A stretch of 64,000 bases of DNA from NCBI GenBank assembly GCA_005882635.1, contig VBFG01000040.1:32249-96248 (forward strand). Reading direction: 5' to 3'. The stretch comes from Chloroflexota bacterium. GTDB taxonomy: Bacteria > Chloroflexota > Limnocylindria > Limnocylindrales > CSP1-4. The position numbers were made by a program, and so were the translations under genes. Positions 36,919-44,996 of the stretch are shown here, piece by piece (the first letter of the stretch is position 1; each line of letters opens with the position of its first letter). Below the pieces are notes generated by a model, which saw only the letters and a list, made by a program, of their open reading frames with translations, ran no database searches and was not told the DNA's origin.

Positions 36919-38168
36919 CAGGGCTTCCCCGTGAGGCCGCGATAGACCTTCGTCAGGGCGTCCATCTGGCGGCCCCAGCCATAGGTCGTCTCGATCGCCC
37001 GACGCCCCGCCTCCGACCAAGCCATGCGTTGCTCGGCCGGCGCTTCGACCATCTCCCGGAGCGTCGCGGCGATCGCGCCGACATCCGTCGGGTCGACCAG
37101 CCGCCCGCACCCGGACGACTCGACGATCGAGCGCATGCCGGGCAGGTCAGCCGCCAGGACCGGCGTGCCGGCGGCCATCGCCTCGAACAGCTTGTTCGGC
37201 GTCGTGAGCCGATGGTTCAGGGTCGTCGGTTGGATGAGCATCGCCGCCACGTCGGCGCTCGCGACCCACGGCAGGACCTGGCCCGGCCGGACGGGCGGGA
37301 GCAGGCGAAGCCGCCCGTTCGGCTCGGCCGCGGCGCGCGCCACGAGGTCGGCCTGGTGGTCGCCGTAGCCCATGAGCACGAGCACCGCACCCGGCACGTT
37401 GGCCATGGCCGCGATCAGCTGCTCGATCCCGCGATCTCGCGTGAGCCCGCCGTGGTAGAGCACGACGCGGATGTCCGGGGCGAGGCCGAGGGCGGCACGG
37501 ATCGGGTCGTCAGTGGTCGGCGGAAGCGTGTCCGGACTGTTGAGGACCACCGTCAACGGACGCCCGAACCGCCGGCCGAGGACGTCCCGGTAGCCGTCAT
37601 TGACCGTGACGAGGGCGTCGGCGCGCCGCGCCAGCCGGCGCTCCCATCGCCCGACCAGCGCTCGGATCGGGCTCGGCAGGCGGGCCAGGTTGCGCGCGTC
37701 GACGTACAGGTCGCCGGCGTCGTAGACGACCCGGCCGCCATGACGGTCGCGGAGCGCCAGGGCGGTCGGGACGGCGAGGAGGCCGCGGGCGTGCCAGACG
37801 TCCGCGGCGGGCACGAGCGCCGCCGCCAGTCGCCCCTGGGCCAGGGCATCGAGGAGCACAGCCGGCATCCGGACGAGCCGACTCGGCAGGATCCCGGCGA
37901 TGACCCGGCCGAGCCGTCGAGCCAGGGGTCGGAGCGGTCCCGGAAGCAGCACGGCCCGGTCGAGGGCGATGCGCCGAATCGGAACGCCGTCGGCCGTCGA
38001 CCCAGCCGAGCCGTCGGCGGTCGTGGCCGCGCCGCCGCCGCGGGCCACGATCGTCACGTCGTGACCGCGCGAACGCAACCCGCTCGCGAGCCGCTGGATC
38101 CGGCTGTCGAACTCCGCGGTGGTCGCCGCGACGAGCACGGCCCGTTGCGGAACGACGTCGGCCGTCAC
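36915..38168 (-). CDS. Glycosyltransferase family 4 (paralogue type 2, copy D)
   Basis: GTGA overlap with the upstream epimerase gene. RVVYDAGDLYVDA...TTPNKLFEAMAAGTPVLA. Confidence 0.75.
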   Translation of the reverse strand: MTADVVPQRAVLVAATTAEFDSRIQRLASGLRSRGHDVTIVARGGGAATTADGSAGSTADGVPIRRIALDRAVLLPGPLRPLARRLGRVIAGILPSRLVRMPAVLLDALAQGRLAAALVPAADVWHARGLLAVPTALALRDRHGGRVVYDAGDLYVDARNLARLPSPIRALVGRWERRLARRADALVTVNDGYRDVLGRRFGRPLTVVLNSPDTLPPTTDDPIRAALGLAPDIRVVLYHGGLTRDRGIEQLIAAMANVPGAVLVLMGYGDHQADLVARAAAEPNGRLRLLPPVRPGQVLPWVASADVAAMLIQPTTLNHRLTTPNKLFEAMAAGTPVLAADLPGMRSIVESSGCGRLVDPTDVGAIAATLREMVEAPAEQRMAWSEAGRRAIETTYGWGRQMDALTKVYRGLTGKPW

Positions 38169-39262
38169 GGGGCGGCCAGAGCCGTCGCGATCGCTTCGGC
38201 TGCGCCCGCGGGCGCGAGGTCGAGCGCGGCCGCGCGGCGCGCCGCGTCGTCGGGCGCGCGATCCGCGGGGGCCAGGCGGCGCACCTCGGCGGTAGCTCGC
38301 TCGGCGTCGAGGCCGACGACGACCATCCGGCCGCCGGACGACTCGACCGCCTCGAGCCATTCGGTGCGGTCGCGGAGCACGAGGCACGGGACGCCCAGCC
38401 AGGCCGCCTCGCGCTGGACGCCGCCAGAATCGGTCAGGACGGCGGCCGCGTGGAGCTGCAACGCGAGGGTCGTCCGGTAGCCGAGCGGATCCACGATCCG
38501 GACCGCGTCGGGAACAGCCAACCCCGCCGCCTCCAGCGCCGCGCGCGTGCCCGGGTGGAGCGCGAGGACCACCGGGCGGTCGGGCGCCGCGACGGAGGCG
38601 AGCACCGCGATCCACGCCGCGATGGCGGCCGGGTTCCGGTTCTCCGCTCGGTGGACGGTCGCGAACAGGTACCGCCCGGGACGAACGCCCAGCCCGGTCG
38701 CCTCGAGGGCGGCCGGATCGCGGATCTCCGCCCCGACGCGCGCCGCGAGGTCCTGCATGAGGTCGCCGACGAGCGTCACGCCGGCGACGATGCCTTCCGC
38801 CGCGAGGTTCGCGACGGCGGTCGGCGTCGGGGCGAACAGCCAGCGCGAGAGATGATCGGCCACGACGCGGTTGATCTCCTCCGGCATCCGCCGGTCGAAC
38901 GAGCGCAACCCCGCCTCGACGTGGGCGACCGGGGTGTCCAGCTTGGCGGCCGCCAGCGCCCCGGCGAGCGTCGAGTTCGTGTCGCCGTAGACCAGGACCG
39001 CGTCGGGCCGCTCACGCACGAGCACGGTCTCGATGGCGGGCAGCATCCGTCCCGTCTGCTCCGACTGGCTGCCCCCGCCGATCCCGAGCGAGTAGTCCGG
39101 CCGTGGCAGGCCGAGCTCCGAGAAGAACGCCCCGGCCATGGCCTCGTCGTAATGCTGGCCGGTGTCGACGAAGATCTCGTCGTGGCGACCCCGCAGCGCC
39201 GAGAGGAGCGCCGCGGCCTTGATCAGCTGGGGACGCGTCCCGACGACGCTGACGATCCGCAA
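38165..39262 (-). CDS. UDP-N-acetylglucosamine 2-epimerase family (non-hydrolysing; WecB/WbpI-like)
   Basis: TTG start gives MRIVSVVGTRPQLIKAAAL. DTNSTLAGALAAAKL...HVEAGLRSFDRRMPEEINR. Confidence 0.85.
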   Translation of the reverse strand: MRIVSVVGTRPQLIKAAALLSALRGRHDEIFVDTGQHYDEAMAGAFFSELGLPRPDYSLGIGGGSQSEQTGRMLPAIETVLVRERPDAVLVYGDTNSTLAGALAAAKLDTPVAHVEAGLRSFDRRMPEEINRVVADHLSRWLFAPTPTAVANLAAEGIVAGVTLVGDLMQDLAARVGAEIRDPAALEATGLGVRPGRYLFATVHRAENRNPAAIAAWIAVLASVAAPDRPVVLALHPGTRAALEAAGLAVPDAVRIVDPLGYRTTLALQLHAAAVLTDSGGVQREAAWLGVPCLVLRDRTEWLEAVESSGGRMVVVGLDAERATAEVRRLAPADRAPDDAARRAAALDLAPAGAAEAIATALAAP

Positions 39263-39284
39263 GGGCGGCTGCCGGCGCCCGTGC

Positions 39285-40733
39285 CTACGCCGTGACCCGA
39301 GCGGCGTCGTCCGGCACGAACGACTGGCGGGGTCGAGGGGGAACCCCGATCCCACGGTAGGCGACCGTCGGCGGGAGCTCGACATCGCGGAGGCTGTCGC
39401 GTCCGTCGAACAGGACCTCGAGCGCCGGGAACCAGGCGAGGTCCAGCGTGCTGAAGAGGGGATCGGCGGTCTGGGTCAGGATCGCCCGGAACGGTCCGGG
39501 CTCGCCCCAGGTCCACGGGGTGGCGCAGCAGCGGGCCGTCTCGTCGGCGGTGAGGAGCGGATCGAAGGCCGACACGACCGCCCCCTGATGGGTCAGCCGT
39601 TCGATCAGCGGCAGGGCCCGGGAGTAGGCCAGCTCGTGGACCCCGTGGCGATAGGTCAGGCCGAGGACGAGCACCGGGACGCCCGCGAGCCCGCCGAACT
39701 CCTGCTGGAGCGCCTTGATCGCGACGCCGACCTGGCCGTCGTTCGTCCGCCGCGACAGGTCGACCAGCTCCAGCTCTGGCGCCCGCGACAGCAGGAAGTG
39801 CGGGTAGACGGGGATGCAGTGCCCGCCGACGCCGAGGCCGGGCTGGTGGATGTGCGAGTACGGCTGGGAATTGGCGGCCGCGATCACCTCGTGGACGTCG
39901 ACGCCGGCCCGCTCGGCGTACCGGGCGAACTCGTTGGCGAGGGCGATGTTGACGTCGCGGTAGGTCGTGTCGGCGAGCTTGCTGAACTCGGCCGCCTCGG
40001 CACTGCTCATCGCGACGATCTCGGTGTCGAGGACCGCGTCATAGAAGGCCGCGGCTCGATCGGTCGAGGCCGGGCCGACGCCGCCGACGAGCTTGGCGTA
40101 GGTCGCGAGATTGCGCAGGGCGGCACCGCTGTACAGCCGCTCGGGTGAGAAGGCGACGAACAGGTCGACGTCCGGCGTCAGGCCGCTGGCCTCCGCGAGA
40201 CGGGGCAGGAACCGGCCGCGCGTGTCGCCGACGGGCAGGGTCGTCTCGAAGATCACGAGCGATCCGGGGTGGAGGCCCTCTCCGATCGACGCGACGGCGG
40301 CATCCATGTAGCGGTAGTCGGGCCGCTGCTCGTCGTCGAGCATGACCGGGACGATCAGGACGACGACGTCGGCATCGCGCGCCGCGGCCGCGCCATCGGT
40401 CGTCGCGCGCAGGCGCCCACCCGCGTGCGCGGTCGCGATGAGCTCGGCCAGCCCGGGCTCTTCGGCCACGTGCGACCGACCGGCGTTGATCGCGTCGACC
40501 ACGCTCTGCTGGACGTCGACCGCCACGACGTGCCAGCCGTGGTCGGCGAACTGGGCGCACAGTGGCAGGCCCATCTTCCCGGCACCCACGACGGCCACAG
40601 TCCCCGCGGTGCCCGGCCGGCCGACCCACGGCGAGACCTCGACGGCGGGCTCGTGGCCGCAGGCGTGGACCGGCAGCTCGATCGAGCCGCCAAGCAGGCT
40701 CTGCACGGAGGATGGGCGCGAGACGATCGTCAT
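39285..40733 (-). CDS. Nucleotide-sugar dehydrogenase (WbpA/WecC-like UDP-HexNAc 6-dehydrogenase candidate)
   Basis: VAVVGAGKMGLPLCAQFA...GLGVGGHCIPVYPHFL. ATGA overlap with the upstream gene. Confidence 0.8.
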   Translation of the reverse strand: MTIVSRPSSVQSLLGGSIELPVHACGHEPAVEVSPWVGRPGTAGTVAVVGAGKMGLPLCAQFADHGWHVVAVDVQQSVVDAINAGRSHVAEEPGLAELIATAHAGGRLRATTDGAAAARDADVVVLIVPVMLDDEQRPDYRYMDAAVASIGEGLHPGSLVIFETTLPVGDTRGRFLPRLAEASGLTPDVDLFVAFSPERLYSGAALRNLATYAKLVGGVGPASTDRAAAFYDAVLDTEIVAMSSAEAAEFSKLADTTYRDVNIALANEFARYAERAGVDVHEVIAAANSQPYSHIHQPGLGVGGHCIPVYPHFLLSRAPELELVDLSRRTNDGQVGVAIKALQQEFGGLAGVPVLVLGLTYRHGVHELAYSRALPLIERLTHQGAVVSAFDPLLTADETARCCATPWTWGEPGPFRAILTQTADPLFSTLDLAWFPALEVLFDGRDSLRDVELPPTVAYRGIGVPPRPRQSFVPDDAARVTA

Positions 40734-41782
40734 GCGGTGGCGAACCTCGAGGAGAGCGTGGTCAGGTCGATGGCGCGGCCATCAGCCGCGGCGGTGAGCA
40801 ACGACGTGGCGATCGCGACGGCCCACAGGCCGTCCTCCGCGTCGACGACCGGCCGGCCACCCGAGCGGACGACGTCGAGGAAGGCGTCCAGCTCCGCGGC
40901 GAGCGGCTCGGTCGATGCGACCGGCAGCTCGACAATCTCGCCCTCGAACGTCGGGGCGTAGCCGCCGATCAGCCGCGGGTTGGTCGTGTCGGTCGCCCGA
41001 GTGAAGGTCAGGCGCTGGGTCAGGTAGTCGAGCTCGAACATCCCCTCCTCTCCGACGACCAGCAGCTGGCGGCGCTTGGCCGGCGTCAACCAGTTGACGT
41101 CGAGCATGCCGGTCGCCCCGGACGGGAAGTGGAGGAGCCCGAACAGGAGGTCCTCGTTCGTCGCGTGGATGCGCTGCGCCGTCTCGGCGTAGACGCGGGC
41201 CGGCCGCTCCCCGGCGATCCAGCTCAGGATGTCGACGTCGTGGGTGGCCAGGTCGACGGTCACGCCGACGTCCCGGATGCGCGCCGGGAACGGGCCAGCC
41301 CGCCGCGACGCGATGGAGTAGATCGTCGACAGCCAGCCCTCGTCGATCAGCCGGCCGAGCTCGAGGACCGCCGGGTTGAACCGCTCGACATGGCCGACCT
41401 GGACGGGGACACCGGCCTCGCGCGCCGCGACGACGATCCGCTGCGCCTCCTCGATCGTGGCCGCGAGCGGCTTCTCGACGAGGACGGCGATGCCCCGCTC
41501 GATCGCGGCGAGGGCGAGCGGGACGTGGGCCGTGGTCGGGGCGGCGATCACGACAGCATCGAGGTCGACTTCAGCGATCATCGCGAGCGGCTCGGCGAAG
41601 CCCTGGGCACCGGTCTGGCCCGTCGCGCTCGCGAGCGTCGGGCGGACCGGATCGGCGACTGCGGCAAGGCGGATGTCGGGCCGGCCGGCGAGGATGCGGA
41701 GGTGGTTCCGGCCCATCGAGCCGAGGCCGGCCAGCCCGACGCGCAGCTCGCGATCCCCGGCGGGCCGCCAGGACGAGGTCAT
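40730..41782 (-). CDS. Gfo/Idh/MocA family oxidoreductase (WbpB-like)
   Basis: RVGLAGLGSMGRNHLRIL...VLVEKPLA...HVERFNPA. Confidence 0.8.
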   Translation of the reverse strand: MTSSWRPAGDRELRVGLAGLGSMGRNHLRILAGRPDIRLAAVADPVRPTLASATGQTGAQGFAEPLAMIAEVDLDAVVIAAPTTAHVPLALAAIERGIAVLVEKPLAATIEEAQRIVVAAREAGVPVQVGHVERFNPAVLELGRLIDEGWLSTIYSIASRRAGPFPARIRDVGVTVDLATHDVDILSWIAGERPARVYAETAQRIHATNEDLLFGLLHFPSGATGMLDVNWLTPAKRRQLLVVGEEGMFELDYLTQRLTFTRATDTTNPRLIGGYAPTFEGEIVELPVASTEPLAAELDAFLDVVRSGGRPVVDAEDGLWAVAIATSLLTAAADGRAIDLTTLSSRFATA

Positions 41783-42945
41783 CGAGCGGCGGCTCCGGCG
41801 GTGGATCCCGCGCTGGTCGCTCCGGTCGCGCCCGCGGCAATGGAGCGTCGCGCGTCCGGGCCGAGGTGCCGTTCGACCGCAGCCTTGACGGCGCCGATGA
41901 CCTGGTCCTGCTCTGCCTCGGTCAAGGCGGGGAAGATCGGCAGGGCGAGCGTTCGATCGGCGGCTCCGTCGGTCACGGGCAGGTCGGCGTGGAGGCCGCG
42001 CTCCATGATGTAGCTCTGGCGGTGAACAGGCATCGGGTAGTAGATGTCGGCCCCGACGCCCGCCTCCCGCAGGTCCGCCACGATCGCGTCGCGGGCGCCG
42101 CCAACGTCGATCGTGTACTGGTGGAAGACGTGGGTCCGCCCGTCAGGCGTGATCGGCAGGCCGATCGGCAGCTCGCCGAACGCCGCGTCGTAGCGAGCCG
42201 CGATCGCCTGGCGGCGGGCGGTGTTGCGCGGCAGCTTCCCGAGCTGGGCGAGGCCGAGCGCGGCCGCGATGTCGGTCATCCGGTAGTTGTAGCCGAGCAT
42301 CTCGAACTGGTAGCGCGCCCGCATCCCCTGGTTCCGATAGAGCCGCAGCCAGTCGGCGAGGGCGTCCTCGTCCGTCGTGACGAAGCCGCCTTCGGCCGTT
42401 GTCATGTTCTTCGTCGCGTAGAGGCTGAACGCGCCATGGCCGAACGAGCCGGCCTTCCGGCCGCGGAACGTCGCGCCGTGCGCCTGGCAGGCGTCCTCCA
42501 CGACGACCAGCCCGTGGCGGTCGGCGATCGCCCGGATCATGTCCATGTCGGCGACGAGCCCGAAGAGGTGCACCGGGCAGATCGCGCGGGTGCGCGGCGT
42601 GATCGCGCGCTCGATCTTCTTGGCGTCGATCAGGTACGTGTCGGGCTCGATGTCGACGAAGACCGGCGTCGCGCCGGTCGACAGGATCGCGTTCGCGGTC
42701 GCGGCGAATGTGTGGCTCACGGTGATGACCTCGTCGCCGGGCTCGAGGCCGATCCCCGTGAAGATCGACATCAGGGCGAGCGTGCCGTTGCCGGTCGCGA
42801 TCGCGTGCTTGACACCGACGAACTCGGCCCAGCGGTCCTCCAGCTCCTTGACCTTCCGGCCCTGGGCGATCATCCCGCTCCGGAGGACGTCGGTCACCGC
42901 ATCGATCTCTTCCTGGCCGATGTCTGGGCGGGCGATCGGGATCAT
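41779..42945 (-). CDS. DegT/DnrJ/EryC1/StrS family PLP-dependent sugar aminotransferase (WbpE-like)
   Basis: MIPIARPDIGQEEIDAV...ATGNGTLAL...SLYATKNMTTAEGG (PLP lysine)...YNYRMTDIAAA. AAGGAG RBS. Confidence 0.88.
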   Translation of the reverse strand: MIPIARPDIGQEEIDAVTDVLRSGMIAQGRKVKELEDRWAEFVGVKHAIATGNGTLALMSIFTGIGLEPGDEVITVSHTFAATANAILSTGATPVFVDIEPDTYLIDAKKIERAITPRTRAICPVHLFGLVADMDMIRAIADRHGLVVVEDACQAHGATFRGRKAGSFGHGAFSLYATKNMTTAEGGFVTTDEDALADWLRLYRNQGMRARYQFEMLGYNYRMTDIAAALGLAQLGKLPRNTARRQAIAARYDAAFGELPIGLPITPDGRTHVFHQYTIDVGGARDAIVADLREAGVGADIYYPMPVHRQSYIMERGLHADLPVTDGAADRTLALPIFPALTEAEQDQVIGAVKAAVERHLGPDARRSIAAGATGATSAGSTAGAAAR

Positions 42946-43613
42946 GCGGGTGCTCCTTGGCGGGGACCGGACCGCTCTTCCAGGGTCTCGGCGTCGGGCA
43001 CGTAGGCGTAGACCCGGCCGCAGCTGCCGCAGAGCAGCTCCGTGTGGGCAGCGTACGGCGGCGGCACGGCGGCGGCCGGATCGCCGCCGGAGTCGACGAG
43101 CCGGGCGCCACAGGCACAGACCCAACCGAGCCGGCGGGCGGGGTTGCCGACGACGAGGGCATGGTTCGGGACGTCTCGGGTGACGATTGCCCCGGCGCCG
43201 ACCGTCGCGTAGGCACCGACGGTGACGCCGGCGACGACGACCGCGCCCGCACCGATCGAGCAGCCGTCCTCGAGGGCGACGGGGCTGACCTCCCAGTCCT
43301 CCGCCCGGGCCAGGTCACCGGTCGACGTGATCGCGCGCGGGTAGCGGTCGTTCGTCAGGATCGCCCCGGGGCCGATGAAGACGCCGTTGCCGACCGTCAC
43401 GCCGTGGTAGACGAGCGCCCCGTTCTGGATCTTGACCCTGTCGCCGATCTCGACGCCTTCGTCGATGAAGGCATCTCGTCCGACGATGCAGTCGGCGCCC
43501 AGGCGGGCGCCGGTCCGGATCTGGGCCCGGTGCCAGATGCTCGTGCCGGGCCCGACGGTCACGTCGGGTTCGAGGTCCGCCGTGGCATGGACCCGCGCCG
43601 AGGGATCAATCAC
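42942..43613 (-). CDS. Left-handed beta-helix (hexapeptide) N-acetyltransferase (WbpD-like) with Cys-rich C-terminal tail
   Basis: Hexapeptide repeats IGDRVKIQNGALVYHGVTVGNGVFIGPGAIL...IGAGAVVVAGVTVGAYATVGAGAIV. Tail WVCACG...LLCGSCG. GTG start at 43613. Confidence 0.8.
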   Translation of the reverse strand: MIDPSARVHATADLEPDVTVGPGTSIWHRAQIRTGARLGADCIVGRDAFIDEGVEIGDRVKIQNGALVYHGVTVGNGVFIGPGAILTNDRYPRAITSTGDLARAEDWEVSPVALEDGCSIGAGAVVVAGVTVGAYATVGAGAIVTRDVPNHALVVGNPARRLGWVCACGARLVDSGGDPAAAVPPPYAAHTELLCGSCGRVYAYVPDAETLEERSGPRQGAPA

Positions 43614-43996
43614 CGGGCGGAGTATACGGGAGGTCCCTTCGGGCCCTCCATCGAAGGCTGTCGCGCCTGGGCCGCCATGGCTGCGTTGGAGCCTGCGCCC
43701 CTCGCTCACGGGCGTTTGAGCCCGCTCGCTCCGGTGCTCGGCTCCGCCTTGCCCTGACGCCCCATGCGCGACGAACGCAGTCGGCGCGCCCTAGCGATGT
43801 GCCCACGCGCCCTTTGGCTCAATCCGAGAGCCGCCGCGGAGCCGATTCGTGCACGGTCATGCTCGATCCGAGGATTCCGAGCGACGTCCGCTGGGGCTTA
43901 CCGCCCTTCTTCCCGCTCCTGGATCGATGCCGGTGATATTCCCGGGCACACGGCGGCCTGGGAGCGGCGGGCGCGCGGCGGGCGCGCGGCGCGTCC

Positions 43997-44749
43997 CTAG
44001 CGGCGGCGGCCTCGACGGAGCAGCGATACGACCGCTCCGAACGCGGCGCCGAAGGCCAGCGCGCCGCGCCAATCGAGGAGCGTCCGCACGTCGCCCTCCA
44101 CGCGCCGCGCAATCAGAAAGAAGACGCCGGTCCTGCCCTCGGCGTGGACCTGATTCGCGACGAGCGTCCGGACGACCGACTGCTCGATGTGGACGTCCCG
44201 GGCGAGGATCGATCCGGCGCCGCCCTGGGTGAGGTGCACCTCGCCGGCCACGGCTGCGCCGATCCCACCGAGCTCGACCGAGACGCGATCGCCCCGCGCC
44301 AGGCCGACCCCGCCCTGCGTGACGGCGACGTCGGTCGCCCGGACCCGCCCGATCCCGCCCTGGTGCACGTCGACATTCGTCGCGACGACGCTCTGGATGC
44401 CCCCCTGAGTCATGGTGATCGTCTCGCCCGAGACGGATCGGGGCGGCTCAGCGGGGAGCGCGCTGACCCCGGTCATGGACGGTCCGGTCGGCGCCTCATC
44501 TCGTTGCTGCGCGGCACCGCCGCGATCGGTCGCGGCCCTGGCCGTTGCGGCCTTCGAGGAGGGCTTCGCCGTCGGTCCGACCTTCGTCGCAGCCGAGCTG
44601 CCGCTCGTGCGGGCGCGCGGCTTGACGACCTTCGGGCCGCCAACCGCCGACTCAGCGGCGGCTTCCCGGGCGGCTTCCCGGGCTGCGGCCTCCTCGGCCC
44701 CGGCGAGGCTCGCGTCGTGGCTGGGATCGGGGCTCTCAGGCTCGGCCAT
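43997..44749 (-). CDS. Hypothetical C-terminally membrane-anchored protein with about six 15-residue V-x-Q-G-G-x-G repeats
   Basis: GGAGGA RBS. Disordered Ala/Lys-rich N-terminus, repeats at roughly 44140..44419, and a C-terminal TM segment ALAFGAAFGAVVSLL followed by RRGRRR. Confidence 0.6.
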   Translation of the reverse strand: MAEPESPDPSHDASLAGAEEAAAREAAREAAAESAVGGPKVVKPRARTSGSSAATKVGPTAKPSSKAATARAATDRGGAAQQRDEAPTGPSMTGVSALPAEPPRSVSGETITMTQGGIQSVVATNVDVHQGGIGRVRATDVAVTQGGVGLARGDRVSVELGGIGAAVAGEVHLTQGGAGSILARDVHIEQSVVRTLVANQVHAEGRTGVFFLIARRVEGDVRTLLDWRGALAFGAAFGAVVSLLRRGRRR

Positions 44750-44996
44750 CTCGTCCTCCGGCGATGTCCCTCCCCGATCTATCCCGGGGCCGGTGGGGTC
44801 GCCAGACTACCGCGCTGCTCGGAGGACGTCACGGTTCGGCCCACCGAGACGTCGGAGACGAAGCCCGACGGCCGAACGTCGTATGCTGCGCCGGGCCGTC
44901 GGATCCACCGTCCCGGGGGCTGACGAGCACGCGTCCCGGAGCGGACGCACCGATCGAGGGGAAACCCCAGATGAAGCCTCGGGCCGTGTCGAACCC

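Noticed and set aside
43690-43800. The minus-strand CAGGGCAAGGC...CTCAAACGCC looked superficially like the GEMM-I c-di-GMP riboswitch core (CAGGGCAAACC...ACGCAAAGCC).
   Set aside because: Only short partial matches were found. I could not draw the P1/P2 helices, the GNRA tetraloop or the receptor. An Rfam covariance scan is needed before any claim.
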